The position numbers and the translations under genes are program-made. From NCBI RefSeq assembly GCF_024818015.1, contig NZ_CP093908.1:90001-122000 (forward strand): a stretch of 32,000 nt of DNA. The letters are read 5' to 3'. Source of the stretch: Candidatus Saccharimonadota bacterium (lineage in GTDB: Bacteria > Bacteroidota > Bacteroidia > Flavobacteriales > Blattabacteriaceae). The notes below the pieces were generated by a model, which did no database searches, was not told where the DNA came from, and saw only the letters and a program-made list of their open reading frames with translations. This document shows positions 1 through 9,369 of the stretch, in pieces. How positions within the stretch are numbered: position 1 is the first letter of the stretch; each line of letters opens with the position of its first letter.

Positions 1-2
1 TT

Positions 3-203
3 CAAAGACTTGTATTACCTGACGCTTATTATAATAATGGTGTAATTTCGGCTTTAATATCTATTCCTATTCGTTATATGAATACAACAGTAGAAATGGC
101 TAATAAAAAAGATATAGAAAATTGTATACATTTAATGTTTGAAATATTAAAAAATATAGATATTAACGAAAATTTTAAATATTTGGAGAATCATCTATAT
201 TAA
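3..203 (+). CDS. 3' end of a gene cut by the window edge; C-terminus resembles an M42-family metallo-aminopeptidase
   Basis: Frame 3 is open from the window edge to TAA at 201-203 (66 codons: QRLVLPDAYYNNGVISALISIPIRYMNTTVEMANKKDIENCIHLMFEILKNI...). The SIPxRYMxxxxEMxxxxDIEN pattern matches what I remember of M42 peptidase C-termini. It is absent from the ORF track because it has no start in the window. Confidence 0.5.
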   Translation, partial: QRLVLPDAYYNNGVISALISIPIRYMNTTVEMANKKDIENCIHLMFEILKNIDINENFKYLENHLY

Positions 204-471
204 AAAGAATATTGGGCATTTTTTTTAATATTAATTTTTTAAATAAAAGTTTTTTATAATATTTTGATTTATTATTAAGAATCTTTATAAGATTATTTTC
301 TTTTTCTTTTGGAAAAAAACTTATATAAATTTTAGCTAAACTAAAATCATAAATTACTATTACTTTAGTAATTATTATTAATTTCCTATAAGGAAAATAG
401 ATTAATTCACGATTAAATATTTCCGATAATTTTTTTTTAATTAAAATGGCAGCTTTTTTATTTTTAAACAT
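175..471 (-). CDS. rbfA: ribosome-binding factor A
   Basis: 98-aa ORF with RbfA-like core (IIITKVIVIYDFSLAKIYISFFP) and C-terminal MPNILFNIDDS, matching the V-P-x-L-x-F-x-x-D-D-S ending of RbfA. Its 3' end overlaps the convergent upstream gene by 29 nt. Confidence 0.75.
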   Translation of the reverse strand: MFKNKKAAILIKKKLSEIFNRELIYFPYRKLIIITKVIVIYDFSLAKIYISFFPKEKENNLIKILNNKSKYYKKLLFKKLILKKMPNILFNIDDSPNI

Positions 472-492
472 ATTTTTTAATAATTATTTATC

Positions 493-1857
493 ATGTTAAA
501 AAATGATGAGACTATAGTAGCTATAGCTACTCCTAGTGGATATGGAGCAATTGCGGTTATACGGATTTCAGGAAATAATTCTATTAAAATTATAAAAAAA
601 ATATTTTGCTCGTTTTCAAAAAAAAAAATTGGAAAAAATTCTATCCAGTTAGGATATATAAAAGAGAAAAACCAATTGATTGATAAGGTTTTAATTTTTT
701 TATTTAAAAAACCAAAATCATATACTGGAGAAGATATAGTAGAAATATCTTGCCATGGATCTATTTACATCCAAAATAAATTATTATCAATAATTCTTGA
801 CCAAGGAGCAAGATTAGCAAATCCTGGAGAATTTACTTTACGTGCATTTATTAATGGAAAGATAGACCTTTGTCAAGCTGAATCAATATTAGATATTGTA
901 AATTCAGAGACATTTTTTTCTCATAAATTTGCTATTAATCAAATTCGGGGAAATCTTTCTATATTAATAAGAAAATTAAGTAAAAAAATCATTAATTTAT
1001 TATCATTAATAGAATTTGAATTAGATTTTTCTGAAGAAAATTGTAATTTTATAAATTATTTAGAATTAAAAAAAATGTTATATAATATAATTAAAAAATT
1101 AAAAACTTTAATAAGATCATTTAAAATAGGAAATGCTTTAAAAAATGGAATATCAGTATCTATAATAGGATGTCCTAATGTAGGAAAATCAACTTTATTT
1201 AATAAATTATTGAAATATGAAAGATCAATAGTATCTAATATTGCAGGTACAACTAGAAATTATATAGAAGATAGTTTAATTATAAATGGGATAAAATTTC
1301 GTTTTATAGACACAGCAGGTATAAATAACAATACAAAAGATTATATAGAAAAATTAGGTATAAAAAAAACATATAATAAGATTAATAAATCTGATTTAAT
1401 TTTATATGTTTTTGATGATTTAAATGAAAAATTTATATTTAAAGAAGTAAAATCCTTACAAGAAAAATATCCTAAAAAAAAAATATTTATTATTATTAAT
1501 AAATATGATTTAATTAAAAAAAAAATAAAGCCAATTAATTATAAAAAAATATTTAAAATATCTGCTAAATATGGATATGGTGTTAATAATTTATTATCTG
1601 AAATAACTTTTTTTTCTAAAAAAATGACTTCTTTAAAAGAGAGGACTATAGTAATAACTCAAACAAGACATTACGAATCTTTTAAAAAAGCTATTTTTTA
1701 TTTATATAAAGTGAAAAAAAATTTATATTCAATTTCTCCAGAATTTTTATCTATAGATATACGTACAGCTTTAGATTATTTAGGGAAAGTAACTGGTGAA
1801 GTAACTAACGAAGATATACTATCAAATATTTTTTCGAAATTTTGTATAGGAAAATAA
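493..1857 (+). CDS. mnmE: tRNA modification GTPase MnmE (TrmE)
   Basis: 454 aa. N-terminal [22 protein letters not shown]; G-domain motifs [17 protein letters not shown], and NKYD; canonical C-terminal CIGK. Confidence 0.95.
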   Translation: MLKNDETIVAIATPSGYGAIAVIRISGNNSIKIIKKIFCSFSKKKIGKNSIQLGYIKEKNQLIDKVLIFLFKKPKSYTGEDIVEISCHGSIYIQNKLLSIILDQGARLANPGEFTLRAFINGKIDLCQAESILDIVNSETFFSHKFAINQIRGNLSILIRKLSKKIINLLSLIEFELDFSEENCNFINYLELKKMLYNIIKKLKTLIRSFKIGNALKNGISVSIIGCPNVGKSTLFNKLLKYERSIVSNIAGTTRNYIEDSLIINGIKFRFIDTAGINNNTKDYIEKLGIKKTYNKINKSDLILYVFDDLNEKFIFKEVKSLQEKYPKKKIFIIINKYDLIKKKIKPINYKKIFKISAKYGYGVNNLLSEITFFSKKMTSLKERTIVITQTRHYESFKKAIFYLYKVKKNLYSISPEFLSIDIRTALDYLGKVTGEVTNEDILSNIFSKFCIGK

Positions 1858-1861
1858 TTGA

Positions 1862-1936
1862 GGGTGATTAGCTCAGTTGGTTAAGAGTATCTGCCTTACA
1901 AGCAGAGGGTCACTGGTTCAAATCCAGTATCACCCA
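1862..1936 (+). tRNA. tRNA-Val (anticodon TAC)
   Basis: Hand-folded cloverleaf: acceptor GGGTGAT/ATCACCC, anticodon stem TCTGC/GCAGA with loop CTTACAA, T arm ACTGG-TTCAAAT-CCAGT. It is a G+C-rich island lying 4 nt after the mnmE stop and 7 nt before the dnaE ATG. No encoded CCA. Confidence 0.9.
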
Positions 1937-1943
1937 CTATTTA

Positions 1944-4900
1944 ATGTATATAGCAATGAAAATTGGTAAAAAATTTAAATGGCCTCCAGTTACAGAACTT
2001 TATAAATCATTAGCAACTTTTTTTGAATTATTACGGATAATATCACTTAATACTTTTACTTTTAACAATTATTCACATATTCATAATCATACTTCTTTTT
2101 CAATACTTTCTTCAACCATTGATATAAATTCTTTAATCCAAAAAACTATAGAATATGATATGGATGCAGTAGGTATAACTGATTATGGTAATATGATGGG
2201 AGTTTTTAATTTCATAAATAGAATTAAAAATATGAATGAATCAATTAAAAAAAAAATAAAACCAATTGTAGGGTGTGAATTATATATTTCATCTAATGTA
2301 GAAAAAACTGATCAAATATATAATCAAGTTTTTTTTGCTAAAAATAAAAATGGTTATGATAATTTATCAAAATTATGTTCTCATGGATTTATATATGGAT
2401 ATTATTCAGGAATTCCTATAATTGTAAAAAAATTAGTTAAAAAATATAAAGCTAATTTAATAGCAGTTAGTGGAGATTTAAATTCGGAAATTCCATTTAC
2501 TATTTTAAATAAAGGAGAAAATGAAGCTGAAAAAGTATTTAAATGGTGGCATAATTTATTTGGAGACGATTTTTATATAGAAATATTAAGACATGGTTTA
2601 AAAGAAGAAGATCATGTAAATCAAATTCTTTTAAAATTTTCAAAAACCTTTAATGTCAAATTTATTCCACAAAATAATAATTTTTATCTTTCCCAAAAAG
2701 ATTATTATGCACATGATATTTTATTATGTGTAAAAAATAGTCAAAAGCAATCTATTCCTATAGGAAAAGGTAGAGGATTTCGTTTTGGATTTACAAATAA
2801 AGAATTTGATTTTAAAAATCCAAATCAAATGTATAATCTTTTTTCAGATTTACCTGAAGCATTTGATAATTTAAAGGAATTAATAGAAAAAGTAGAATTT
2901 TATGACATTACAAATAAAATGGTATTACCAAAATTTGATATTCCCAATTTTAAGCAGAATTCTGAAAATGAATATTTAAGGGATTTAACCTATCAAGGGG
3001 CTCAAAAAAAATATTTAGATATAAATGATATAATCAAAAAAAAAATTGAATTTGAACTTTATACTATAAAAAAAATAGGATATCCGGGATACTTTCTTAT
3101 AGTACAAGATTTGATCTGTAAAGCCAAAAATATAGGTATTGAAGTAGGACCTGGAAGAGGTTCTGTTGCTGGATCTGTTGTTGCTTATTGTCTAGGTATA
3201 ACTAATATTGATCCAATAAAATATAATCTTCTTTTTGAAAGATTTTTAAATCCTGATCGGATATCTCTACCGGATATTGATATTGATTTTGATGATAAAG
3301 GTCGTGAAAAAATAATAGAATGGGTAGTTAATAAATATGGGAAAAATCAAGTTGCTAAAATAATAACATATGGAAAAATGGGAGCAAAATCTTCAATAAG
3401 AGATACTGCTCGCGTTTTAAATCTTCCTTTATTAGAAACAGATACCATTGCAAAAATGGTACCTAATCAATCTCTATCTCTAAAAGAGATAATAAATAAA
3501 AATATAAAAGATTTAGAAAAAAAATTAAATTATGAAGAATTAGAAAATGTAAGAAAATTAAAAAAAATTTTTCAAAAAACAAAAACTTTACAGTCTAAAA
3601 TCCTTCAACAAGCTATGCTAATTGAAGGTTCTGTTAGAAATACTGGAATTCATGCATGTGGAATAATAATAACACCTTCAGATATTAAAAAATATCTACC
3701 TGTATCTACAACAAAAGATTCTAATATTTTATTAACTCAATTTGATAATGATGTTGTAGAAAAAGTGGGGTTATTAAAAATGGATTTTTTAGGATTAAGA
3801 ACGCTTACTATAATTAAAGAGACATTAGATTTAATTAAAATACCTCTTAAAGAGGTTAATCTTTCTGATATTAAAACTTATAAATTATTTAAAAAGGGAG
3901 AAACAGTTGCTGTTTTTCAATATGAATCTCCTGGTATGCAAAAATATCTTAGAAGGTTAAAACCAGATAAATTTGATGATTTAATAGCTATGAATGCTTT
4001 ATATCGTCCTGGCCCTATGCAGTATATTACTAATTTTATAGCACGTAAACATGGACTTGAAAAAATCTCTTATGATCTTCCTGAGCTTAAAGAATTTTTA
4101 GAAGAAACTTATGGAATTACAGTTTATCAAGAACAAGTTATGTTGATTTCACAAAAAATCTCTGGATTTAGTAAAGGAGATGCAGATCTTTTAAGAAAAG
4201 CGATAGGTAAAAAAGACAAAGATCTATTAAGAAATATAAAACAAAAATTTATTGATGGTGGTCTAAATAATGGTTATTCAAAAAATATTTTAGAAAAAAT
4301 ATGGAAAGATTGGAAATCTTTTGCTTCATATGCTTTTAATAAATCTCATTCTACATGTTATTCATATATAGCTTTTAAAACAGCATATCTAAAAGCACAT
4401 TATCCAGCTGAATATATGGCTTCAGTATTAAGCAATAATATGCAAAATTTAAAAAATATTACTTTTTTTATTGAAGAATGTCAACGTATGGGAGTAATAG
4501 TACTTGGACCAGATATAAATGAAAGTAATTATCAATTTACTGTTCATAATATGGGATATATCCGTTTTGGAATGGGGGCTATTAAGGGGATAGGAAAATC
4601 TTCTGTTGATTCTATTCTTAAAGAAAGAATTAATAGATATAATTCTATATTTTGCTTAATAAAAAATGTGAATTTACGCTTAGTTAATAAAAAAGTTTTA
4701 GAAAATTTAGTTTTATCAGGAGCTTTTGATAATTTTAAAAAAAAAATACATAGATCTCAATATTTTGATGAAGAAAATGGATCAAATATGATAGAAAAAA
4801 TTATAAAATATCAAAAATTAAAGATGAAAAATTCACTTTTAAAAGAACCACAATTTAAAAATTGTAAAAAATGGAATAATATTGATCTTTTAAAGAAAGA

Positions 4901-5522
4901 AAAGGAAGTAATAGGAATGTATCTAACTTCTCATCCATTGAATGAGTATGTTTATGAAACAAAATATTTTACTAATGCTTCATTATATGATATAAATCAT
5001 AATCAAGAAAAAATTCTTGGAAAGAATATTAATATATGTGGAATAATATCCAAGTCATTACATAGAATATCAAAAAATAATACAAAATACATAATCTTTC
5101 TTCTAGAAGATATTAAATCTAATAAGGAATTTCAACTAATTAGAGATAATTATGATAAATATCAAAATTTAATATATGAAAATAATCTAATTTACATGAG
5201 TTTATATATTCAAAGAATGAAAAGTCAAGAAATATTTATTAAAATATTGAAAATCTTAAATCTTAAGAAAGTATTAAAACTATTAACTAAGAGTATAGAG
5301 ATTATTATTAATCATTTAAATAATGATTTAATTAAAAAATTAAAAATTTTAATTTTAAAAAATTTAGGAAATCAAAAATTATATATATCAATATTTGATA
5401 ATAAAAATAAAAGAAAATATTTATCAAAACATTTGATAAATATAAATCATAATTTGTTAGAAACCCTTAGTAATAAATTCAAACTAAAATTTAATTTAAA
5501 AATCAATGAAAATAACAGTTAG
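1944..5522 (+). CDS. dnaE: DNA polymerase III alpha subunit
   Basis: 1192 aa. PHP domain begins around residue 43 (YSHIHNHTSFSILSS). Polymerase core motifs are GYPGYFLIVQD, GPGRGSVAGSVVAYCLGIT, PDIDIDF, and FNKSHSTCYSYIAFKTAYLKAHYP. The start (ATG 1944 or 1956) is uncertain because of a non-conserved stretch of about 40 aa before the PHP domain. Confidence 0.93.
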   Translation: MYIAMKIGKKFKWPPVTELYKSLATFFELLRIISLNTFTFNNYSHIHNHTSFSILSSTIDINSLIQKTIEYDMDAVGITDYGNMMGVFNFINRIKNMNESIKKKIKPIVGCELYISSNVEKTDQIYNQVFFAKNKNGYDNLSKLCSHGFIYGYYSGIPIIVKKLVKKYKANLIAVSGDLNSEIPFTILNKGENEAEKVFKWWHNLFGDDFYIEILRHGLKEEDHVNQILLKFSKTFNVKFIPQNNNFYLSQKDYYAHDILLCVKNSQKQSIPIGKGRGFRFGFTNKEFDFKNPNQMYNLFSDLPEAFDNLKELIEKVEFYDITNKMVLPKFDIPNFKQNSENEYLRDLTYQGAQKKYLDINDIIKKKIEFELYTIKKIGYPGYFLIVQDLICKAKNIGIEVGPGRGSVAGSVVAYCLGITNIDPIKYNLLFERFLNPDRISLPDIDIDFDDKGREKIIEWVVNKYGKNQVAKIITYGKMGAKSSIRDTARVLNLPLLETDTIAKMVPNQSLSLKEIINKNIKDLEKKLNYEELENVRKLKKIFQKTKTLQSKILQQAMLIEGSVRNTGIHACGIIITPSDIKKYLPVSTTKDSNILLTQFDNDVVEKVGLLKMDFLGLRTLTIIKETLDLIKIPLKEVNLSDIKTYKLFKKGETVAVFQYESPGMQKYLRRLKPDKFDDLIAMNALYRPGPMQYITNFIARKHGLEKISYDLPELKEFLEETYGITVYQEQVMLISQKISGFSKGDADLLRKAIGKKDKDLLRNIKQKFIDGGLNNGYSKNILEKIWKDWKSFASYAFNKSHSTCYSYIAFKTAYLKAHYPAEYMASVLSNNMQNLKNITFFIEECQRMGVIVLGPDINESNYQFTVHNMGYIRFGMGAIKGIGKSSVDSILKERINRYNSIFCLIKNVNLRLVNKKVLENLVLSGAFDNFKKKIHRSQYFDEENGSNMIEKIIKYQKLKMKNSLLKEPQFKNCKKWNNIDLLKKEKEVIGMYLTSHPLNEYVYETKYFTNASLYDINHNQEKILGKNINICGIISKSLHRISKNNTKYIIFLLEDIKSNKEFQLIRDNYDKYQNLIYENNLIYMSLYIQRMKSQEIFIKILKILNLKKVLKLLTKSIEIIINHLNNDLIKKLKILILKNLGNQKLYISIFDNKNKRKYLSKHLININHNLLETLSNKFKLKFNLKINENNS

Positions 5523-7248
5523 AATAGCTAATTCTGATGATAAAAAGTATGCTTCTATTATCTGTAAAGAAATAGAGTCTTCTGCTAAAGTTAGAGGAAC
5601 TGGTATATCTAAAAGAGATCCTGAGTATATTAAAAAAAAAATGGATGATGGATTTTCTGTTATAGCATTTTTTAATGGAGATTTAGCAGGATTTAGTTAC
5701 CTTGAAGTATTTGAAAATAAAAATTTTTTATCTAATTCTGGACTTATTGTATTTCCTAAATACAGGTTACATGGATTAGCTAAAATGATAAAATTAGAAA
5801 TATTTAAATTATCAAAAAAAAAATTTACGAATTCGAAAATATTTAGTATTACTACTAGTCCTGCAGTAATAAAGATTAATACAGATTTAGGTTTTAATCC
5901 TGTATTATTTAGTGATTTAACTAAATCTAAAAAATTTTGGAAAGGATGTAAAAGTTGTACGAATTATGATATTCTTATTAGAAATAAAAAAAAAATGTGT
6001 TTATGTACAGGATTATTATATGATCCTAAAAAAAAAATAAATTTAAATAATTCTTTAAATAAGGGAGATAAAATCTTATTAGCATATAGTGGTGGTTTAG
6101 ATACTTCATATTGTTTAAAATATTTAACTAATGAAGGATATCAAGTAATAACTATTATAATTAATACTGGAGTATTTAATAATAAAGATCTTGAATCAAT
6201 TGAAAAGAGAGCTATAAATATAGGAGCTATATCTCATTATTCTATAAATGCTAAAGAATACTTTTATTCTAAATGTATAAAATATTTAGTATATGGAAAT
6301 ATACTTAAAAATAATACATATCCTTTATCTGTTAGTTCAGAAAGATTTTTTCAAGCTATTTTAATTGCTGAATTTGCTAAAAACTTAAACGTTAAAGCTA
6401 TTTCTCATGGAAGTACAGGAGCAGGAAATGATCAAGTTAGATTTGATTTAGCTTTTCAAATTTTATGTCCTAATAAAATTATAGTTACCCCAATAAGAGA
6501 TATGAAATTATCTAGAAAGGAAGAAGTTTTTTTTTTAAAAAGTAAGGGTGTAAAAATTTCTTGGAAGAAAGCTAAATATTCTATTAATAAAGGGATTTGG
6601 GGGACTAGTATAGGTGGAGAAGAAACATTAAAATCATCAACATCATTACCTGAAAAAGCTTATCCTACAAAATTATCTGAATATTCTAAAAAAATCATAG
6701 AATTAAAATTTAAAAAAGGAGAATTATTCTCTGTTAATAAGATTAAAGATTTACAAATAAACAATATTATAAAACTTGAGAAAATCTCGTCTAAATTTGC
6801 TATAGGTAGAGATTTACATGTAGGAGATACTATACTTGGAATAAAGGGGAGAGTAGGATTTGAAGCGTCTGCTGCTTTATTAATAATAAAAGCACATAAA
6901 CTTTTAGAAAAACATATTTTAACTAAATGGCAAATTTCTTGTAAAGAGCAATTATCAACTTGGTATGGAAATTTATTACATGAAGCACAATATTTAGATC
7001 CGATTATGCGTGATATTGAATGTTTTTTTAAAAATACTCAAAAACGAGTAAGTGGAAAAGTAACAATATTATTAAATCCATATAGATTCGAATTAATAGG
7101 TATTGATTCAAATTTTGATATGATGAAATCTAAAATTGCTAAATATGGTGAAATTAATAATGAGTGGACTAGTGATGAGGTTAAAGGATTTATTAAAATT
7201 TTTGGAAATCAAATGAAAATTTATCATAATATAAAAAAATATGATTAA
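5506..7248 (+). CDS. argG: fusion protein: N-terminal GNAT-family acyltransferase (aa 1 to about 170) and argininosuccinate synthase (aa about 187-580)
   Basis: Single 580-codon ORF. The N-terminal part has a GNAT-like fold signature (VIAFFNGDLAGFSYLEV...GLIVFPKYRLHGLAKMIKLEIF) and ends in CxxC-x13-CxC. The ArgG part starts at its PP-loop LAYSGGLDTS (nt about 6064) and continues with SHGSTGAGNDQVRFD. The start overlaps the dnaE 3' end by 17 nt. Confidence 0.9.
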   Translation: MKITVRIANSDDKKYASIICKEIESSAKVRGTGISKRDPEYIKKKMDDGFSVIAFFNGDLAGFSYLEVFENKNFLSNSGLIVFPKYRLHGLAKMIKLEIFKLSKKKFTNSKIFSITTSPAVIKINTDLGFNPVLFSDLTKSKKFWKGCKSCTNYDILIRNKKKMCLCTGLLYDPKKKINLNNSLNKGDKILLAYSGGLDTSYCLKYLTNEGYQVITIIINTGVFNNKDLESIEKRAINIGAISHYSINAKEYFYSKCIKYLVYGNILKNNTYPLSVSSERFFQAILIAEFAKNLNVKAISHGSTGAGNDQVRFDLAFQILCPNKIIVTPIRDMKLSRKEEVFFLKSKGVKISWKKAKYSINKGIWGTSIGGEETLKSSTSLPEKAYPTKLSEYSKKIIELKFKKGELFSVNKIKDLQINNIIKLEKISSKFAIGRDLHVGDTILGIKGRVGFEASAALLIIKAHKLLEKHILTKWQISCKEQLSTWYGNLLHEAQYLDPIMRDIECFFKNTQKRVSGKVTILLNPYRFELIGIDSNFDMMKSKIAKYGEINNEWTSDEVKGFIKIFGNQMKIYHNIKKYD

Positions 7249-8224
7249 AATAGGAATTATTGGTGGGGCTGGATATACTGCAAATGAATTAATTAAAATT
7301 CTTATTAATCATCCAAAAGTTGAAATAAAAACTATAGTTAGTACTACTTATCCAGGTCTTCCGATAGAAGATATACATAAAGATCTTATAGGTGAAATAA
7401 AAAATAAGAAACTATTTAGTTTTAGTACTGAAATTAGTGATGATATTGACTTATTATTTCTTTGTATCGGTCATGGACATTCAAAAAAAATATTAAAAAA
7501 TATTGATTCTAAAATCAATGTAATAGATATGAGTAATGATTTTAGAATCAATAAAAATTTTTTCTTTAAAAAAAGAATTTTTCATTATGGTTTGCCTGAA
7601 TTAAATAAAAAGATTATAAATCAATCTAAGAATATTGCTAATCCAGGCTGTTTTGCAACCGCTATACAATTATCAATATTACCTCTTGCAAAAAGAAAAT
7701 TATTAAAAAATAATCTACATATTAGTGCTATAACTGGATCTACTGGTGCAGGTAGAATTAATAATTCAAAATTAAATTTTAGTTTTAGAAATAATAATAT
7801 CTCAACATATAATTTATTTAATCATAATCATATAAATGAAGTGATACAAACTATAAAGAAATTACAAAATAAATATGATGGAAAAATTTATTTTATTCCT
7901 TATAGGGGTGGATTTTCTAGAGGAATAATATCAACATTATATACTAGGATAGATCTTTCATTTGAAGAAGTAAAAAATCTTTATGATAGATTTTATAAAA
8001 ATAATCCTTTTATTTTTATTTCTGAAAAAGAAATTCACTTAAAACAAGTTATTAATACCAATAAATGTATTTTAAATTTAAAATACATTAAAAATAAACT
8101 AATAATCACTAGTATAATTGATAATCTTATAAAAGGAGCTTCAGGACAAGCTGTTCAAAATCTTAATATTATGTATAATTTTGAAGAAACCTGTGGTTTA
8201 AAATTAAAACCTCTGGGATTATAA
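7241..8224 (+). CDS. argC: N-acyl-gamma-glutamyl-phosphate reductase
   Basis: 327 aa. N-terminal Rossmann IGIIGGAGYTANELIKIL; active-site region NPGCFATA; C-terminal DNLIKGASGQAVQNLN. Overlaps argG by 8 nt (ATGATTAA). Confidence 0.93.
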   Translation: MIKIGIIGGAGYTANELIKILINHPKVEIKTIVSTTYPGLPIEDIHKDLIGEIKNKKLFSFSTEISDDIDLLFLCIGHGHSKKILKNIDSKINVIDMSNDFRINKNFFFKKRIFHYGLPELNKKIINQSKNIANPGCFATAIQLSILPLAKRKLLKNNLHISAITGSTGAGRINNSKLNFSFRNNNISTYNLFNHNHINEVIQTIKKLQNKYDGKIYFIPYRGGFSRGIISTLYTRIDLSFEEVKNLYDRFYKNNPFIFISEKEIHLKQVINTNKCILNLKYIKNKLIITSIIDNLIKGASGQAVQNLNIMYNFEETCGLKLKPLGL

Positions 8225-9369
8225 TGAATTTATTCGATGTTTATTCTAATGAAGAGATAGAAATAATTAAAGGTAGAGGAATATATATTTATGATAAATA
8301 TAATCAAAAATATTTGGATTTTTATGGTGGACATGCTGTAATTTCAATTGGTCATTCTCATCCTAGATACGTAAATAATCTAAAAAAACAGATAAAGAAA
8401 ATTTCTTTTTATTCTAATTCTATAAAAATCCCTGAACAAGAAAAATTAGCTAGTCTGCTACTAGATAGATCAGGGTATTATGATTATAAAGTTTTTTTAT
8501 GTAATTCTGGAGCAGAAGCAAATGAAAATGCTCTTAAAATTGCGTCTTTTCATAACAACAAAAAAAAAATAATAGCATTTAAAAAATCTTTTCATGGCCG
8601 TACTAGTGGAGCTATTTCAATTACAGATAATAATAAAATTATTACTAAATTTAATTTACAACATAAAGTAAAATTTATTGATTATAAAAATCTCGATTTC
8701 TTAGAAGAAGAATTAAAAAAACAAGATATTTGTGCTGTTATTTCAGAAGGAATACAAGGGATAGGAGGGATAATTGATCCAGGGATGTTTGTTTTTAACA
8801 AAATAGATTTTTTATGTCGTAAATATAATACTATTTTTATAGTAGATGAAATACAAAGTGGTTATGGTAGAACCGGATTATTTTTTGCCCATCAAAATTC
8901 TGGGATTAAACCAGATATAATTACTATTGCTAAAGGTATGGGAAATGGATTTCCAATAGGAGGGGTTATTATAAGTTCTAAATTTAAACCATTTAATGGT
9001 ATGTTAGGAACTACATTTGGTGGAAACTATTTAGCTTGTTCTTCTGGAATTTCGGTTTTAGAAATTATAAAAAAGGAATGTCTTATATCTAATGCAAAAA
9101 AAATGGGAGAAATATTTATTAATTCTTTAAAACAGATTGATGAAATTAAAGAAATAAGAGGAAAGGGTCTTATGCTAGGGATTAATTTTAATTTTAAAGT
9201 TAAAAAATTAATAAATTTTTTATTAAAAAAAGAAAAAATTTTTGTAGGATCTTCTTTAGATAAAAATCTAATAAGATTATTACCTCCTCTTACTATAAAA
9301 GAAAAACATATAAAAAACTTTATTATAAGATTAAAAAAAGCATTGTATTTTTTAAAAAATGATAAATAA
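8224..9369 (+). CDS. argD: acyl-ornithine aminotransferase (class III PLP aminotransferase)
   Basis: 381 aa. Motifs SNSGAEANENALK, FIVDEIQSGYGRTG, and the PLP-lysine region ITIAKGMGNGFPIG. ATG shares 1 nt with the argC stop (TAATG). Confidence 0.9.
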   Translation: MNLFDVYSNEEIEIIKGRGIYIYDKYNQKYLDFYGGHAVISIGHSHPRYVNNLKKQIKKISFYSNSIKIPEQEKLASLLLDRSGYYDYKVFLCNSGAEANENALKIASFHNNKKKIIAFKKSFHGRTSGAISITDNNKIITKFNLQHKVKFIDYKNLDFLEEELKKQDICAVISEGIQGIGGIIDPGMFVFNKIDFLCRKYNTIFIVDEIQSGYGRTGLFFAHQNSGIKPDIITIAKGMGNGFPIGGVIISSKFKPFNGMLGTTFGGNYLACSSGISVLEIIKKECLISNAKKMGEIFINSLKQIDEIKEIRGKGLMLGINFNFKVKKLINFLLKKEKIFVGSSLDKNLIRLLPPLTIKEKHIKNFIIRLKKALYFLKNDK

